Origin: Amphiscolops sp. MND2022
Taxonomy: Eukaryota
NCBI GenBank assembly: GCA_964187785.1
Contig: OZ076409.1
Span: forward strand, 5,706,001 to 5,770,000
Direction: 5' to 3'
Length of the DNA stretch: 64,000 bases
Shown here: piece by piece, positions 26,201 through 38,470 of the stretch
How the letters are laid out: every line of letters begins with the position of its first letter
Position numbering within the stretch: position 1 is the first letter of the stretch
Made by a program: the position numbers and the translations under genes
The notes under the pieces: generated by a model
The model's database searches: none
Told to the model about the DNA's origin: nothing
What the model saw: the letters and a program-made list of their open reading frames with translations, nothing else

Positions 26201-29200
26201 TTCCGGCCGCAAAAATGCTCCAGTTGCCGTTCGTTTACCGTTGGGTTGGGTTTTGAGTGGACCGCTCCCCTCGTCCTCAGGTCTCTATTCAACTTGTTTT
26301 AAAGCTGTTGCTTCTAACAAGGAATTCGACTCCGAACTTGCCGACCAACTCCGAAGCTGGTACGATATCGAATCGTATGGAGCGTACAAGCAAGTAGATT
26401 CGCGTTCCGCTGCCGATGCGAGAGCGTTGGAAATACTTGAAGAAACGACTTACCACGATGGTAACCGATACCATGTGGGAATGTTGTGGACCGAAGCTGA
26501 CAGTAGTTTGCCGAATAACTACTTTTCCGCGCTCGTGCAGCTAAAATCGTTGGAACGTCGCCTCGACAAAGATCCTGAATTGAAACAACTTTATGCCAAA
26601 ACAATTCACGACGACTTCGACAAAGGTTACATCACCAAAGTTGACAAAAGCGACTGTTTCAAATTAGACCAACCCCGCGAGTGGTACCTGCCACACCATC
26701 CTGTAGTGCACACGCACAAACCTGGCAAAGTTCGCAGAGTATTGAATGGCGCAGCAAGGTTCCAGGGCCAATCTTTGAACAACGCCTTGTTAACCGGACC
26801 GGACTTGCTACAAAGTTTGATACACATACTGATCCGCTTTCGTCAACACAAGTACGCCGTCTCTGCCGATATCGAAGGTATGTTTCTTCAAGTTGGAGTC
26901 ATACCAAAAGATCAACCTTCACTTCGTTTTCTGTGGCGGGAAGACCCAGCTGCAGAAATCGCTGTGTATCAGTACGTCCGGCACATCTTCGGGTCGAAGG
27001 ACTCACCAACATGTGCGAACTACGCACTGAAACGTACTGGTAGCGATAACCAAGACGCTTTCCCTGAAGCAGCGAAAAGCGTTTATCGCAATTTTTACAT
27101 GGACGACTACTTGGAATCAAGCCCTACGGTCGAAGAAGCCAGTAACAAAGCAAAGGACTTAGTGGCACTGCTTGCAAAAGGTGGCTTTAATCTAACTAAG
27201 TTTGTTTCCAACATTAATCACCTTTCAGCCGAACTGCAACAAAGCGGCGAGCTAGCACCGACCGATGAGAAGGTGATTCCGAAACCAGACGAGTCCTCAC
27301 ATGTCTTGGGACTTAAATGGAATCATGCCTGTGACACTCTTGTTGTAAGTCGAGGAACGAGCCCTGCTACGAACAAGAAACTCACTCAACGAGTGGTACT
27401 GAGGGTCGTTTCAGCTGTCTACGATCCCATTGGACTCGTTGCTCCGTTTACAGTCCAAGCAAGACTGTTGTTGAAGAACATCTGGAGATTGAGTGGTCAA
27501 CAGTGGGATGACGATCTGCCGAACGAAATTGTAACCAAGTTCAACGAATGGAGCAAAGAGCTACCAACTTTGAGTGAAATCCAAATCCCAAGGAGCTACT
27601 TTGGAGAGCAAGTTGAATCGTTGGAGCTTCATATGTTCGGTGACAGCTCGCAAGATGTCTTCAGCGCCGTCGCCTTCCTACGAGGAAAAGTTGCCACCAC
27701 GACTGGTTATATAACAGAGTTAGCTTTCGTCTTCGGAAAAGCCAGAGTGGCACCCATGAAAGCCCTTACAATCCCGAAGCTGGAACTACAAGCCTCGTTG
27801 CTTGCTGCACGACTCCGAAAAGAAATTGAAAGTGCGCTAACGGTCAGAGTTGACAACACTTTCATGTGGACGGACAGTACGACAGTCCTGCAGTTGCTCT
27901 ATTCATTAGAGAAGCAACCGGTGTTTGTCACCAATCGTGTTGCCGAAATCCTGGAACTGACAACAGCGGATGAATGGAACTATGTCAAATCAATTGACAA
28001 CCCCGCTGATGCAGGAACGCGTGGTCTTTCAGCCAATTCACTTCGTGACAGTCCTTGGCTTAAAGGTCCTTCATTCTTGCGAACACACGACTGGCCGTTC
28101 AAACCACCAAAACACGTTGAGATCAAATTGAAAACAAAAAAGTGGGACTTTCCCAATTCGGATGAAGAAACTTCGGAATTTTTGTCTGCTTTAAGTGCAA
28201 CTGTGATCGGCATCGCGACAACTTTCGAGTGGCAGAAGTACAGCTCATACGAGAAACTTATGCGCGTTGTTGCTTACATTTTGCGCCTACTGCCAAAAAA
28301 CGAAGGTTACCGCTCCGACTCTGGTTTAGTAACTGACCCGAATGAAATGCGAAATGCTGAAATGAGACTTTTCTATCTCATCCAACAAGAGTCATTTTCC
28401 CTCGAATTGAAGTGCTTGCTGAAACAATCCCCCTTCAACAACTCTTCCAAAGTTTCCCAATTCTCCCCTTTCATTGGGCCTCAAGGCCTACTGCGAGCAA
28501 CCGGCCGGACCAAACAACTAACAGTTTCCAACTTCGACGCAAAACACCCTATTTTACTGGACAGCTGTCACCCCGCCATACGCTTGTACTTAGAGCAGCT
28601 CCACGAAACGCATTGCCATCAGGGTGTCCACTACATGAGGGCGTTGGTGCAGCAACAGTTCGCCATCGTCAAGCTTAGAACCGCCCTGAGGTCAATTGTC
28701 TCCAAATGTGTCACTTGCCGCAAACGTCGAGCGGAAACTCTCAACCCGATAATGTCCGACCTTCCTCGGGAAAGACTGGCATTTCAAGAGCGTTCATTTA
28801 CGAACACCGGAATTGACTATTTTGGTCCGTTTTACGTAGCTGTGAAAAGATCAACCGAAAAACGATGGGGATTCCTATTTACTTGCTTAACAACCAGAGC
28901 TGTCCATTTTGAAGTTGTCCCGTCAATGGACACTAGTAGCTGTGTTATGGGAATCGAAAGATTTGCCGCCCGTCGGGGCGTCCCATCAGTTTTGTGGTCT
29001 GACAACGGAACCAATTTCATCGCCAGTGAAAAGGAGTTACTGCAAAACGTGTCAGCGTGGAACCAACAGATTCTGTCTGAAGCTTTGGTCAAAAAACGGA
29101 TCCACTGGAAGTTCAATCCTCCCAGTGCTCCCCACCACGGAGGTGTCTGGGAACGAATTGTCAGGAGCTTCAAACACGTTTTTTACGCAATTCTTGGAAA

Positions 29201-29705
29201 TCGTCGCCTAACCGACGAGATATTAACAACTACTTTTCGTCTTGTAGAACAGAGTCTCAATTCCCGCCCACTGGTGCCCGTCAGCTCCGACGCTACGGAT
29301 TTTGACGCCTTAACACCAAACCACTTCCTGTTGGGAACCGCGGGTTCCACAATGCCATCACACCAAAGAGCCGACTTCGACCACAGGAAACGCTACGCAC
29401 GTGCGCAAGCGTACTCAGATGCTATTTGGGACCGTTGGCTAAAAGATTACGTTCCGTCGCTTAACCGCCGTTCGAAGAGGTCAGCCCAACCAGATCAAGA
29501 TCTCAAGATCGGGGACCTTGTCTGGATTGTGGAGCCTACGAGTCCCCGAGGACATTACCCACTTGCACGTGTGGTCAAGCTGAACTACGGTACCGACGCT
29601 GTCGCTCGTTCTGCAGAACTGAAAACCGCAACAGGAAACCTCATTCGACCCGTTGTCAAACTCGCACCCGTTCTTCCGTCCCCCGATTCCCCCAATCTTA
29701 CTTAA
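23298..29705 (+). CDS. BEL/Pao Gag-Pol polyprotein (gag with Cys/His knuckles, protease, RT, RNase H, integrase)
   Basis: Uninterrupted ORF, first ATG 23298. Motifs YNGDPIQW, three CCHC-type knuckles, LCDSAC, WYLPHHPV, ADIEGMF, FYMDD, FGDSS, TIPKLEL, GIDYFGP, SDNGTNF and GGVWER. Confidence 0.95.
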   Translation: MSDPIHEKLQKLYDSRARAEADLIRYQNDVTEAVNNADRRVRVERLVTSFEEAMTKAFAKNEQLLELAKKTNDPATVTADLEKWLNVMSIQNDEILRNAREYIDQCPKTDNSSQTSVKAATVKTKSSKVSSSKASKTSSQRQRDLLIAKHKREEVERQNEAALRLAKQKQELELEQLQEENRKRLAEAHLIELELQEDPSEANEDAHEILSRLSRTTDASETRRVSDWVNNSPIVTTTQHETVTVETASLATSAANTTALIPSQQPPVNVSQPIFAPGDPNETNVAVQLPTTTVPSMSLNHTPAVQIQTPPLTAQNFGNIGPSTSDVTVQQQVQPTIIPTQTRSFNAQVLPSQTTARMPAFTMPVNHILPNLSAWTFPNPTVTTAPIVTTIPPPTQPMAPTFMPFAHAPTYAAPTVPVTAGGTVYYIPPATVTTPIVYSTVAQPTTSLSPTAATFVPAGTSTTMQPSTTGFTIQDLALLLASTKKDHLPEWKLAQYNGDPIQWHERFGQFKSAIDSAPLTDDVKLTYLKTLVTGKAKTATAEFAYCGAMYRDALKTLERKFGQPQAVVTAYLDKLANFPPVKMHNSESIISYSATICSLVGVFRSLNYVQDLSSASLLGQAVQKLPPNMREAWSLHTVRRTLDRPTLIDFNDWLKDKAEAHERMKSLPSKAKPEESNSVTVTKTKTASKVFAATTSSQQSVSAKGKSDKPSNTCVACKEKHPLWRCPAFRRKSPTERAKLVAENKLCFSCFNQNHTFRQCPQPRKCTKDECGSSHNTFLHGADRIFAKKVTDVNTDKAETSGCIGTSVKNKRSDESSGMPSVAEVKGLLQITEVELHSNGKSEKVLALCDSACSHSWISANLATKLNLHGTPTKLTVHGINSNQVVDTHLVELKLTPVHSGGSCSPFVVKPYVREDLKVGTDTIDVELLKTKYPHLQPISLKKYSYADVEMILGQDVFHSIRPLEYFDSGRKNAPVAVRLPLGWVLSGPLPSSSGLYSTCFKAVASNKEFDSELADQLRSWYDIESYGAYKQVDSRSAADARALEILEETTYHDGNRYHVGMLWTEADSSLPNNYFSALVQLKSLERRLDKDPELKQLYAKTIHDDFDKGYITKVDKSDCFKLDQPREWYLPHHPVVHTHKPGKVRRVLNGAARFQGQSLNNALLTGPDLLQSLIHILIRFRQHKYAVSADIEGMFLQVGVIPKDQPSLRFLWREDPAAEIAVYQYVRHIFGSKDSPTCANYALKRTGSDNQDAFPEAAKSVYRNFYMDDYLESSPTVEEASNKAKDLVALLAKGGFNLTKFVSNINHLSAELQQSGELAPTDEKVIPKPDESSHVLGLKWNHACDTLVVSRGTSPATNKKLTQRVVLRVVSAVYDPIGLVAPFTVQARLLLKNIWRLSGQQWDDDLPNEIVTKFNEWSKELPTLSEIQIPRSYFGEQVESLELHMFGDSSQDVFSAVAFLRGKVATTTGYITELAFVFGKARVAPMKALTIPKLELQASLLAARLRKEIESALTVRVDNTFMWTDSTTVLQLLYSLEKQPVFVTNRVAEILELTTADEWNYVKSIDNPADAGTRGLSANSLRDSPWLKGPSFLRTHDWPFKPPKHVEIKLKTKKWDFPNSDEETSEFLSALSATVIGIATTFEWQKYSSYEKLMRVVAYILRLLPKNEGYRSDSGLVTDPNEMRNAEMRLFYLIQQESFSLELKCLLKQSPFNNSSKVSQFSPFIGPQGLLRATGRTKQLTVSNFDAKHPILLDSCHPAIRLYLEQLHETHCHQGVHYMRALVQQQFAIVKLRTALRSIVSKCVTCRKRRAETLNPIMSDLPRERLAFQERSFTNTGIDYFGPFYVAVKRSTEKRWGFLFTCLTTRAVHFEVVPSMDTSSCVMGIERFAARRGVPSVLWSDNGTNFIASEKELLQNVSAWNQQILSEALVKKRIHWKFNPPSAPHHGGVWERIVRSFKHVFYAILGNRRLTDEILTTTFRLVEQSLNSRPLVPVSSDATDFDALTPNHFLLGTAGSTMPSHQRADFDHRKRYARAQAYSDAIWDRWLKDYVPSLNRRSKRSAQPDQDLKIGDLVWIVEPTSPRGHYPLARVVKLNYGTDAVARSAELKTATGNLIRPVVKLAPVLPSPDSPNLT

Positions 29706-29868
29706 TCTGTAAAAACTCTCCGTTTTTGTTCTCGCTTGTAATCGTACCTAACATGAATAAAATGTAACATGTACATCATCGAAAATCCATGTAAACCGTT
29801 TTCCGAAAAAAAAGTTTCCTTTTCAATTCTAATGTTTCTTGCATTCACATCTTCTTGGGCCCGGAGGA

Positions 29869-30250
29869 TGTTGTGTACACAATATGATTGGATTAAAATA
29901 AACAAATAACAAGGCACTTTAGCACAATAGCTTAGCGCGTTCGGTTTCTATTCCAAAGGTCTAGAGTTCGATTCTCAGAACCGGCGGAGTCTTTGGTAAA
30001 AAATTACTAAAATACCGTTTTCCACTAAAATACTCTTTTCGATAATTTGCTGTCTCGAAACTTTAATTTGATTGTCTATATTAGTAAACAACTTTTGTTA
30101 TTTTGACAGTTTCTTCATTTATACCATTGTAGCTTTCTGAATTCATATGACACCAGTTGATATTCATTATTGGCACGAGAACAATACAATATTCAGTTGC
30201 TTTCTCTCTAAAAACGAGATGTAGAGACCGGATTCTATAACACTCTTTTA
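29869..30250 (+). repeat. BEL/Pao 3' LTR
   Basis: Direct repeat of 20871-21252. Confidence 0.93.
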
Positions 30251-30615
30251 TAATGTGTTCAATAATATGTTCTCATGACCTAAAATTGCATATTTTCTAA
30301 AGTTCGAAAAGTAATTTTGTGTAGCTTTTGTTGAGTGCCATCTTTTGCGCTTTCTCATTCTTCAATCAAAGCGCCTTTTTAAATACTCAACTTTTCATGG
30401 CTTTATTATCGTTGGCTGTGAAAGTTCAAAAGTACTATGCGAAGCGATTGGTAACCTCGGAACACGGCACTTCGCTCAATTCTGCACACTTCTGGGAAAT
30501 GTGTTTGAATTTTTCTGAACAGTTGGGTAGTAAGAATGAGCTACTTACCTCTTTCGATAAAAAGTTCTGCCAACTTTAATTAGTGTTAGTCTATTTGGGT
30601 CTTATACCTTCTAGG

Positions 30616-31250
30616 TGTCAGAATCCCATGTTTTCCACACAGAAGATCTTCCTGTAACGTCCGGCCGGCGGCGCACATCTAAGAAGTGGGACAATGCTTA
30701 GGGTGCTTAAACAGGAGACCGTTGTCTTACTACAGCCCTAGGCACTAGTTTTCAATCCCAAAATGGTCTCCCAGGGGGACTATTCTGACGTCAAAGGAGG
30801 CTCCTCAGTTAGAGCTCCGAGGTGACGCGACGGCACTCTCAAAGTCCGGACGCGTATCACAAGCCTGTATAAACGAATCCTAGGTTGCTAACGTGTTCCC
30901 GCGTGTAACGGCTGCTTGCCCTTATCCTGCGCTGAGGCTTGACAAACTTTACGCCGCCCTGATCCGTTGCTTAGTACTGTGGAGCGTTACTAAACAAATC
31001 CTGGTTTTCTTGTTTTAAAAGGACTGTATCTTTGACTGGTGGGTCCGATGTGACCCGTGGAATCTACTGTGATTCCTCTTTGCACTAATTTGGATCCGAT
31101 GTGATCCTGCACACACTTCCCTCACTGTATCTTCACGCGCTCCGGCTCTCCGACTATGAGAGTAGCTACTTAGTCGCTCTGACTAGCGAACAGTTTTGAA
31201 GATTGAGAAGTTTATCAATTAGTCTCTTGGTCCTAAGACCCAACTTGACA
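30616..31250. repeat. Possible solo LTR
   Basis: GC-richer block bounded by TGTCA...TGACA; flanks CTAGG/ATAGC are only a weak TSD. Confidence 0.35.
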
Positions 31251-32014
31251 ATAGCTATTCAGTGGAAAAAATCTCCTTCTAATAATGGTATACATATCGT
31301 TTACAATTCTACAGTAAATATAAGCAAATACCAGTTGAAATTTGCTGTAAAAATAAATGACAATTGAAGCATAAAATGAAGTTATTGGCTAAGTAAACAA
31401 ACTATGTGGTGGTTTTGGCATGTTTGTTATGTGGGCTAGAAAGTATGTTTTCACAATGTAAATATCATTAATTTCAACAGAGTTACATTTCCTTCAAGGT
31501 CATATGAGAAAATCACATAATATTTAATACATCAAAATTGGGTAATTCATGGGGTCCGACCTAGGTCACTTTGGGCGTTAATTGCTCCCAACCCAGGGGG
31601 GATACGAGGTAGGGTAGTTCGAGTGAAAAATTGAGTTAGCACCTCTAGTATATGCGTGCTAAGTTTCAGGGTCATTGGACAAGTGCTTCTCAAAAAGTGG
31701 GGGTTGTATTTTTTACACACGGCTAATTTTGCTAAAAGTTGCAATTTTCAACCAAAATCTTGATCAACTTTCTAAAAGTTTTGAGTGCTAAGTTTCATCA
31801 GTCACGTTCTAATTTGAGTTTTTGATCTCGCAATTGACTGGCGCCAACACCGCGATTCCTACATACTTCCGAGGTCCAAAAACAGAGGTTTAGGCAAAAT
31901 GCATTTCATTGGGGGAATAAGTTCTAAAATACAGATCTAGTAAATCAAACATCACCAAATACCTGCAAAAACCACAAATACGGTACAACAGACTAAGGAA
32001 ACATCAGTCGTCAG

Positions 32015-32352
32015 TGTCAGCGAGTCTTGGACTCGCGGGGTGACACATGCAAATTTCTGAGTTTCTTCATCTCTTGGGCCATTCTTCGGGTTATGCTGTT
32101 AGCTGGGACGTCTTCCGAGGGAGATGGCACCGCACGGCGATTTTGAGGGTACTTCTATGGCCGGGTGTTCTCTCGGGTTGGGTGGGGGTATTCTGTCTGC
32201 GTTTTTTCGCTTCTTCTACGGTTTCTGTACCTGCCGGGTCTGCCATCTTGATTGTGACAATTTGATATCGCACATTTCGAATTTTTGATCGAAATTCTGC
32301 AACGTCTCTTGCTGGACGTTACATCCAGAGATTTCACAACTACAGTTTGACA
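32015..32352. repeat. Possible solo LTR
   Basis: GC-richer block bounded by TGTCA...TGACA; no clean TSD. Confidence 0.3.
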
Positions 32353-32720
32353 TAGTCACCTCTTTTGATTTAGGTTCCTCTGCAATTGTCCCCATTTAGC
32401 TCGTCCAGAAAAAAAATTCAAGACATCCATTAAGGACACAAATTGAGTATCACTGTTCTTCTCGCTTGCACTCAAGTTCAACTAAGTATATTTTGAATCC
32501 CTTCAGTGACTTTCCATCCACAAAGATGTCCGATAAAGAGTCCAATTTGTTTTTAAATGCACTTAAAATTCTCCTCTGAGCATTTTCGACGACCGTTTGA
32601 TTTTTTTTGTTGCACAATCATAAATAACGAGTCCGTATTGTATTTTGAAGTTCACAAAGGAGTTACCAAACATTCACAAATGTTTCTTTTGAAAGATATG
32701 TTGTACACGATGCAACAAAT

Positions 32721-33196
32721 AACAAGCCGAGAACGGCCAGAGTCGGCGCTATATATAAGGCTCAAAATTGTAAAGGGGGGACCCTTGTGGCTTTGTGATA
32801 CTCCAGCTGGTTGCAAAATATGAAAAAAAAATTGAAGGATGGACCCTTTGCGTACATTAAAAAATTTCCCAAAAAAATTTTTGAAAGAAGATTTTTGAAC
32901 AGTGTCACAGTGCCAAAAAATGTAAAAGGGGCACCCTTCGGAATTTTTTGACATCCACTGTGTTGCAAAATATCGAAACACATGAAGGGGGGACCCTTTG
33001 GTGCATTACAAAAAGTTTCAAAAAAAGTAGCATAGTGCCGAAAAAAAGTGGGGCTAAGGGAGGACCCTTAGTGTGTTTTTGAGGTTATGGACATCTATTT
33101 CGTTTCTTCTTTTCGTTTTGGGCGCGCTTCTGAGGAAAAACAATACCCGCTGTAAGAGTCGGGCACATTTTCTACTAACATGCGCCGACTAAAAAA
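32721..33196 (-). mobile_element. Helentron-associated (HINE/DINE-1-like) non-autonomous element
   Basis: Minus strand: T-run, subTIR AGTCGGCGC with nearby inverted copy, 3' subTIR GCGCCGACT, hairpin GCCG-TTCT-CGGC, then TTGTT. Confidence 0.7.
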
Positions 33197-33861
33197 TGGT
33201 TCACTACTGTTAAAAAATATATTGTTGCTAGTGGAATTGTAATGTGACATTTTCTGCTGTTGAACATAACAGACAACCCAAGTATGTTCATCTTTGTTTT
33301 CAAATTTGTGCGGTCTACAGTTTTCGGAAAGTGGATTTGCAGAAATCAATTCGAAGTGATTCAAAGGTCAATTCAGCAGATTAGGTGTTCAACGGCGGAA
33401 CCAGGTTTTTTGATTCATTGTATTGAACCGGCTTTTTAAACCTAATTACGGGAAATTTTATGGACAAAACACCACTCACTCTCAAATAAATTTCACAATC
33501 TTTTACTTCAGGCTGAAAAACGCATTCTTGACTTTTTCAACCATTTTTCATTAGTTCTGCCTATGATGTAATTAATAAAACCAAATTGCCAACCAAACCA
33601 GGGCTGAGCTATATCGTTTCTACCGAAGTTTCAAGGACCCACAGGTCGAAGCGTTTCATCATTCTGCGTGGTTTTCAAAACTATCGCATTAAAAAACAAT
33701 TCGAATATCAAGCATTTTTGAAATAAAAACAAAACTCCTGAAAACTAAAGGCTTGATGTTTTCAGAAAGGGAGTCGTTTAGCTAGACATTGTTCTGAAGT
33801 GTTCCACTGGTTGCAAAAATCTAAGCATCTTGATCGCCCTGTGTATCTGTGAGGTTGTTCT

Positions 33862-33930
33862 GTAAGTTTTGATCATCTTGCGGATTTTGATCATTTTGGG
33901 GATTTTGATCGTTTTGGGGATTTTGGATTC
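33862..33930. repeat. Short minisatellite, 18-bp unit
   Basis: About 3-4 units resembling GGATTTTGATCATTTTGG. Confidence 0.7.
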
Positions 33931-33953
33931 CGAGTTTTCTCGGTTTTGGTTTC

Positions 33954-36900
33954 CGAGAACTACAAGAACTACAAAAATTAGAAGAACTGGATCCTAAACA
34001 AGACGAAAAATCTAGAACACAATACCTCTCAATGTTCAAATGGAACGATTCACTGATAACGGGAGAAGATCGTGAAAGCCTAGAATCTATCATCGTCGAA
34101 TTCAACGATATCTTTGCCCGTCACCATCTTGACATCGGAATGAACACCCAATTCAAAGTCTACCTAATGCCCAAAAACGACAAGCCAGTATACACGCAGA
34201 GCCTACCCGTACCCATAAATCTCGAAGACGACCTCACGGTAGAACTAGCTTTGATGCACAGATACGTGATCATCACAACCCTCCCTTTCTCCAAATATGC
34301 CAACCCTATCTTTGCCCAACATAAGCCCAACGGAAAACTGCGACTCCCAGTGGACCTGCGGAAGATCGACGCCCTCATCTCAGATGATTACATCAACAAC
34401 AACCACCCCATCAGCACCCTCTCAGACGCTGCACAACACCTCGCAGGGAAGAAGTTGTTCTGCGAACTCGACTGCTCCCAAGCCTACCACTGCCTTCAAA
34501 TGGCAGACCAAAGGTCAGTAGAACTGCCTGCATTTAATTTCGCTAGTGGAGAAAATCAGAGCGGTTTCAGATGTATACGCAAGGCTGGCCTAAAACTGAC
34601 AAAACTGACAACAATGAAGTCAAATTCCTCGGCAGAACCATCATCCCAGACAGAATAGCCCCGCAAGATCACAAAGTCACCAACTTGATCTGCAAAATCA
34701 GATTTCCCAAGTCAAAGAAACAAGTCCAGAAATACACTGGCTTCGTCAACTACTACCGAAACTACATACCCAGACTATCTGAGAAGATGATTGGTATGTA
34801 GGAACCTTCGGAAGCAGATGCAAAAATTACCAACTCTGAAGACCTAGTTACCGACTTTAAAGCCATTACCGCAAGCCTCGCGGAAGCCTGTGGATTAGCA
34901 CTCAGACGACCTATTGCTGGGGAACAATAGTACTAATGACGGACGCAAGCTTCAGAGCATCTGGATACGCACTGATGATAGAGGAAAACGATGCCAAAAA
35001 ATTCCTCTCGAAAAGGAAAACTTTCGCCCCAGTCGCCTTTGGAACACGCGTGTTCTCTCCGTCACAGCTGAAAATGTAAATATATTGCAAAGAAATCCTT
35101 GCCATCTACCACGCGTTCCTAGAATACAGTCACATGTTATGGGAAACGACATTGCCAACTCTAGTACTAACAAACAACATGTCAGTAACGAGATTTTCCC
35201 AAACGAAAACCACACCACCTACTCTCTGGAAGGCTTGTGGCTTCGTACTACAGTTCAAGTTCCACATCGTGCACGTTACAGGATCGCAAAATACCGCTGC
35301 CGATTTTCTGTTGCGACTAGAACTATTCTCTAAAGAAAAACTCCAACTCAATTCACGCGACGATATTATAACGGCGCCCATCAAAGTCAACCTACAATCA
35401 AAGGATGTCGCCGATGAAGAGCACTCTTTTTCTTACCAGACGAAGAGGAATAGGAACACGAGGTTTTCGCCAGAAAAGCACTTAGTAAGCAACGCGCTTT
35501 GGACGAAGAACAACAACACGATCTATCTACCGAGATAACAGAAAGAGTCAACATACCGCTCAATGTGGCAGTTTTCGCATTTGGTGCGATCAAAAAAAAT
35601 TGCACGAATACGCAACGAACCAGATGGGGACCTGCTCCTCAAAGCACTAATGATACGCCTACTACACGAAGAATACGACAAACATCTCCTCAAAACTGAA
35701 CCACGAGGAAGAAATCTGTTACGCCATGAAGAGAGAATTATAGTCAAAGACGGAGTTCTTATGAGGAGGTACTACGAAGAATATGGCACAGTCACACATC
35801 ACCATTTCCTGATCCCGGAACATATCGTACCAGAGCTACTATCAACTCTGCATGGCCAAACGAATAAATACCCAGAAATCACATGAATGATCCAGGAATG
35901 CCGAACAAAAAACTACTACCCGGGATTAGCTCGGAAAATCAGGTCTAAGGTAATCAACTACCCTGACTGCATAGCTAATAAACGTATCGACACAAGACAA
36001 ATACACCCAAGCCCGAAAGTGCTCAGCAAAACAGAATTCACAGTCGGACAAGAAGATTGCCTAGAATTCGATATCCTACCTAACTTACCCTCATCAAACA
36101 GTTACAAATATAATATAACGATGATGGACGTTTTCTCCCGATATCTCCTCGCATACCCCACCCAGGGCATGACAGCCAGAGCAGACGGCCGATGCATCGT
36201 TGACGTAATGTCACGCCATTGCTACCTACCAACAGTGATTCTCACTGACAAGGGATCGCAGTTTCGCTCGGACTTCGTAAACCAGATAGCACCGACACTT
36301 GATATACGGATTATTCACGTAACGACGAAACACGCCGAACCACTAGGGTTACTCGAAAGGATACTCAAAAGGATACTCGAAAGAGTTACTCACGCATCGC
36401 TGAAAACGTCCCAAAAGACGTCGACGGGAGAGCCTCGAACGATGTGGCAAAAATACGTACAAATTGCAGTCATGAACTACAACACGAGCTACCACGAAAG
36501 CTTACTCTGCGAGCCGACAACAGTGTTTCACGGACAAATTCCGTACAACTTTCTGGACATCAAACTAGGACTCAAACAAGAACGGAAAAAAGACGCCAAG
36601 GAAGACCTAATGGACGAATTACAGAAGCAGATAGCAGAAATCCACCAAGCAGCTAAGAACAACCTTACGCAATCCTTTTTAAATACAAGCGATATTATGA
36701 TTAGAAAAGCGACAGCAATGCCATTGAAAGTCAATGTCTATTGCTATGTCCTGAACCCGAAGGCTGATATCCAGTCAATGAAATTCGCTTTTAAAAATTG
36801 CATTTGGATGGGACCCTAGATAGTGGTCAAAGTCCTCTCCAACAACAACTACGTCGTACGACGAACGGGAACAAGATATACGCAAACCCCGTATAGACTT

Positions 36901-37330
36901 AGCCTCGGCTATATGCGCCCAATCAATGAGTTCCTGACGTAACAGTCAAAGTGGAAGATCAACTTCCAGATCCTGAGGTTAAAACAACTCATAAGGATTG
37001 GTACCTGCAACTTTGGGAAACTGAATTCGCAGATGTTCTGTTCGGAAGCGCATCGGAAAAAAAATGTAGAAGCTACGATCACAGAAGTACTAACTGATGA
37101 CGGAGCTACAACGGGAAATGAAGCGGTCATAACAACCGCAGTTGAAAATTCCGCTGAGAATAAAACATCCTCCGGAGATATTCATCCATTCAACTTGGAC
37201 GTCAGTGGCAATCCTTACATAATGACTCCGCCGCCTATAGAGAGCCCCCAATACCGCCTACATTACCGCTATAGTTGTCAGATATAATCCGAGAAAATCA
37301 GGAAGATACAAGTTACGTCCTAATTCTAAG
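33954..37330 (+). pseudogene. Degenerate Ty3/gypsy pol (RT-RNase H-integrase), a different family from A and B
   Basis: KPNGKLRLPVDLR, LDCSQAYH, FVNYYRNYIP, TDASF, TDKGSQF and WMGP. The RT YxDD segment is deleted near 34548; many frameshifts. Confidence 0.9.
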
Positions 37331-37559
37331 ACTATTGCACACCCAGATTTCTTCCGGATGCATGACGCTGTCACCATGGACGAAGAGCCTCAATCTCATA
37401 CTCTCAATCTCTCATGCACGGACGAAGAGCCTCAATCTCTCATGCAGACACACCTTGCTGGGCACGGGCAAGACGATTAGTTTTGTTGATATCCACATAA
37501 TGGGTCTCGCACGACTTCCGACGCTCTAACAAAAACGTGCCATATATGTTGAAAAATCG

Positions 37560-38470
37560 AGACACAAACTCTTTAGCATTTCCACCATAGAACTCCGGCG
37601 TTAGATCGAAAATAGGAGCTACATGAAAAAAAACACTCCAGCATTGGCGATAGACTTTCGGACAGCATCCACTGTTGGGTCGGTGAAAAAGCATTTATGC
37701 ACATACCCCGGACTCAAAAAGTAGCTCTGTACCAAATGCAAACACTCCCGGAACTTCCCCATAGCGAGCTTACTTCCACTCAAATCAAAAGTTACAGCAG
37801 GGTAATCCACTCGAGGCCTACCCGTAATCAACAGACACAGTTTCAAGACCCGACAAGCATGCTGGCTTGAAAACTAAAAACCCGCAGCAACCAACTGACC
37901 ATATCGGGTATCTCACTAGCCACTCCTTTAGACGCCTCAAGATGAACACGCTTTTCCACAACGTAGCTACTGAACTCTTCCGCTGCAGCCTTGGCATCAT
38001 CGGACGATAGAGCTCCACACGATTCCAAAATACGGCACAGACTCGGAAACAGCTGGAACACCAGCTGTCCGTTCCCTCTAACAACAGTTCTGTTCAGAAG
38101 GTGTATAAACCGCGTGACGTCCGGGGCGTTACGCTTGAGCTCTACAAAATAGTCACAATCAATCGATCAAGAAACTTTCGACAGCGCACACGAAACGTGC
38201 CGAACTCGCTCGTTTTTCCAGCTAGTAGATCTCGCCCAAAATCAGACCCCACAAGGAAAGACTCCATTGCGATCGAAGGGAATTCAGCAACCTTCTCCTC
38301 TTTCATGAACTTCTCCCACAAAATCAAAGTCAGCAGGATCTTGGTTTGACGAGTCTTCAACAATAAGCAGTAGACGAAGTCACACAAGTCGTGGAATCCG
38401 TAGTTACTTCGCTTCTGCTGCGACTTAACGAAATTGACATGAACTGAAACAAACAATGACGACTCAGGAA
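37560..38470 (-). pseudogene. Fragmented antisense coding remnant of unknown function downstream of the gypsy pol
   Basis: Consecutive minus-strand ORF pieces 38142-38561, 37843-38061 and 37619-37846 read as one protein-like sequence broken by stops and frameshifts. Confidence 0.4.

Larger units (their letters stand above)
20871..30250 (+). mobile_element. Full-length BEL/Pao LTR retrotransposon, recent insertion
   Basis: 382-bp LTRs with one mismatch seen; TAATG TSD at 20866-20870 and 30251-30255; PBS; GGGCCCGGAGGA tract before the 3' LTR; open polyprotein. Confidence 0.95.
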
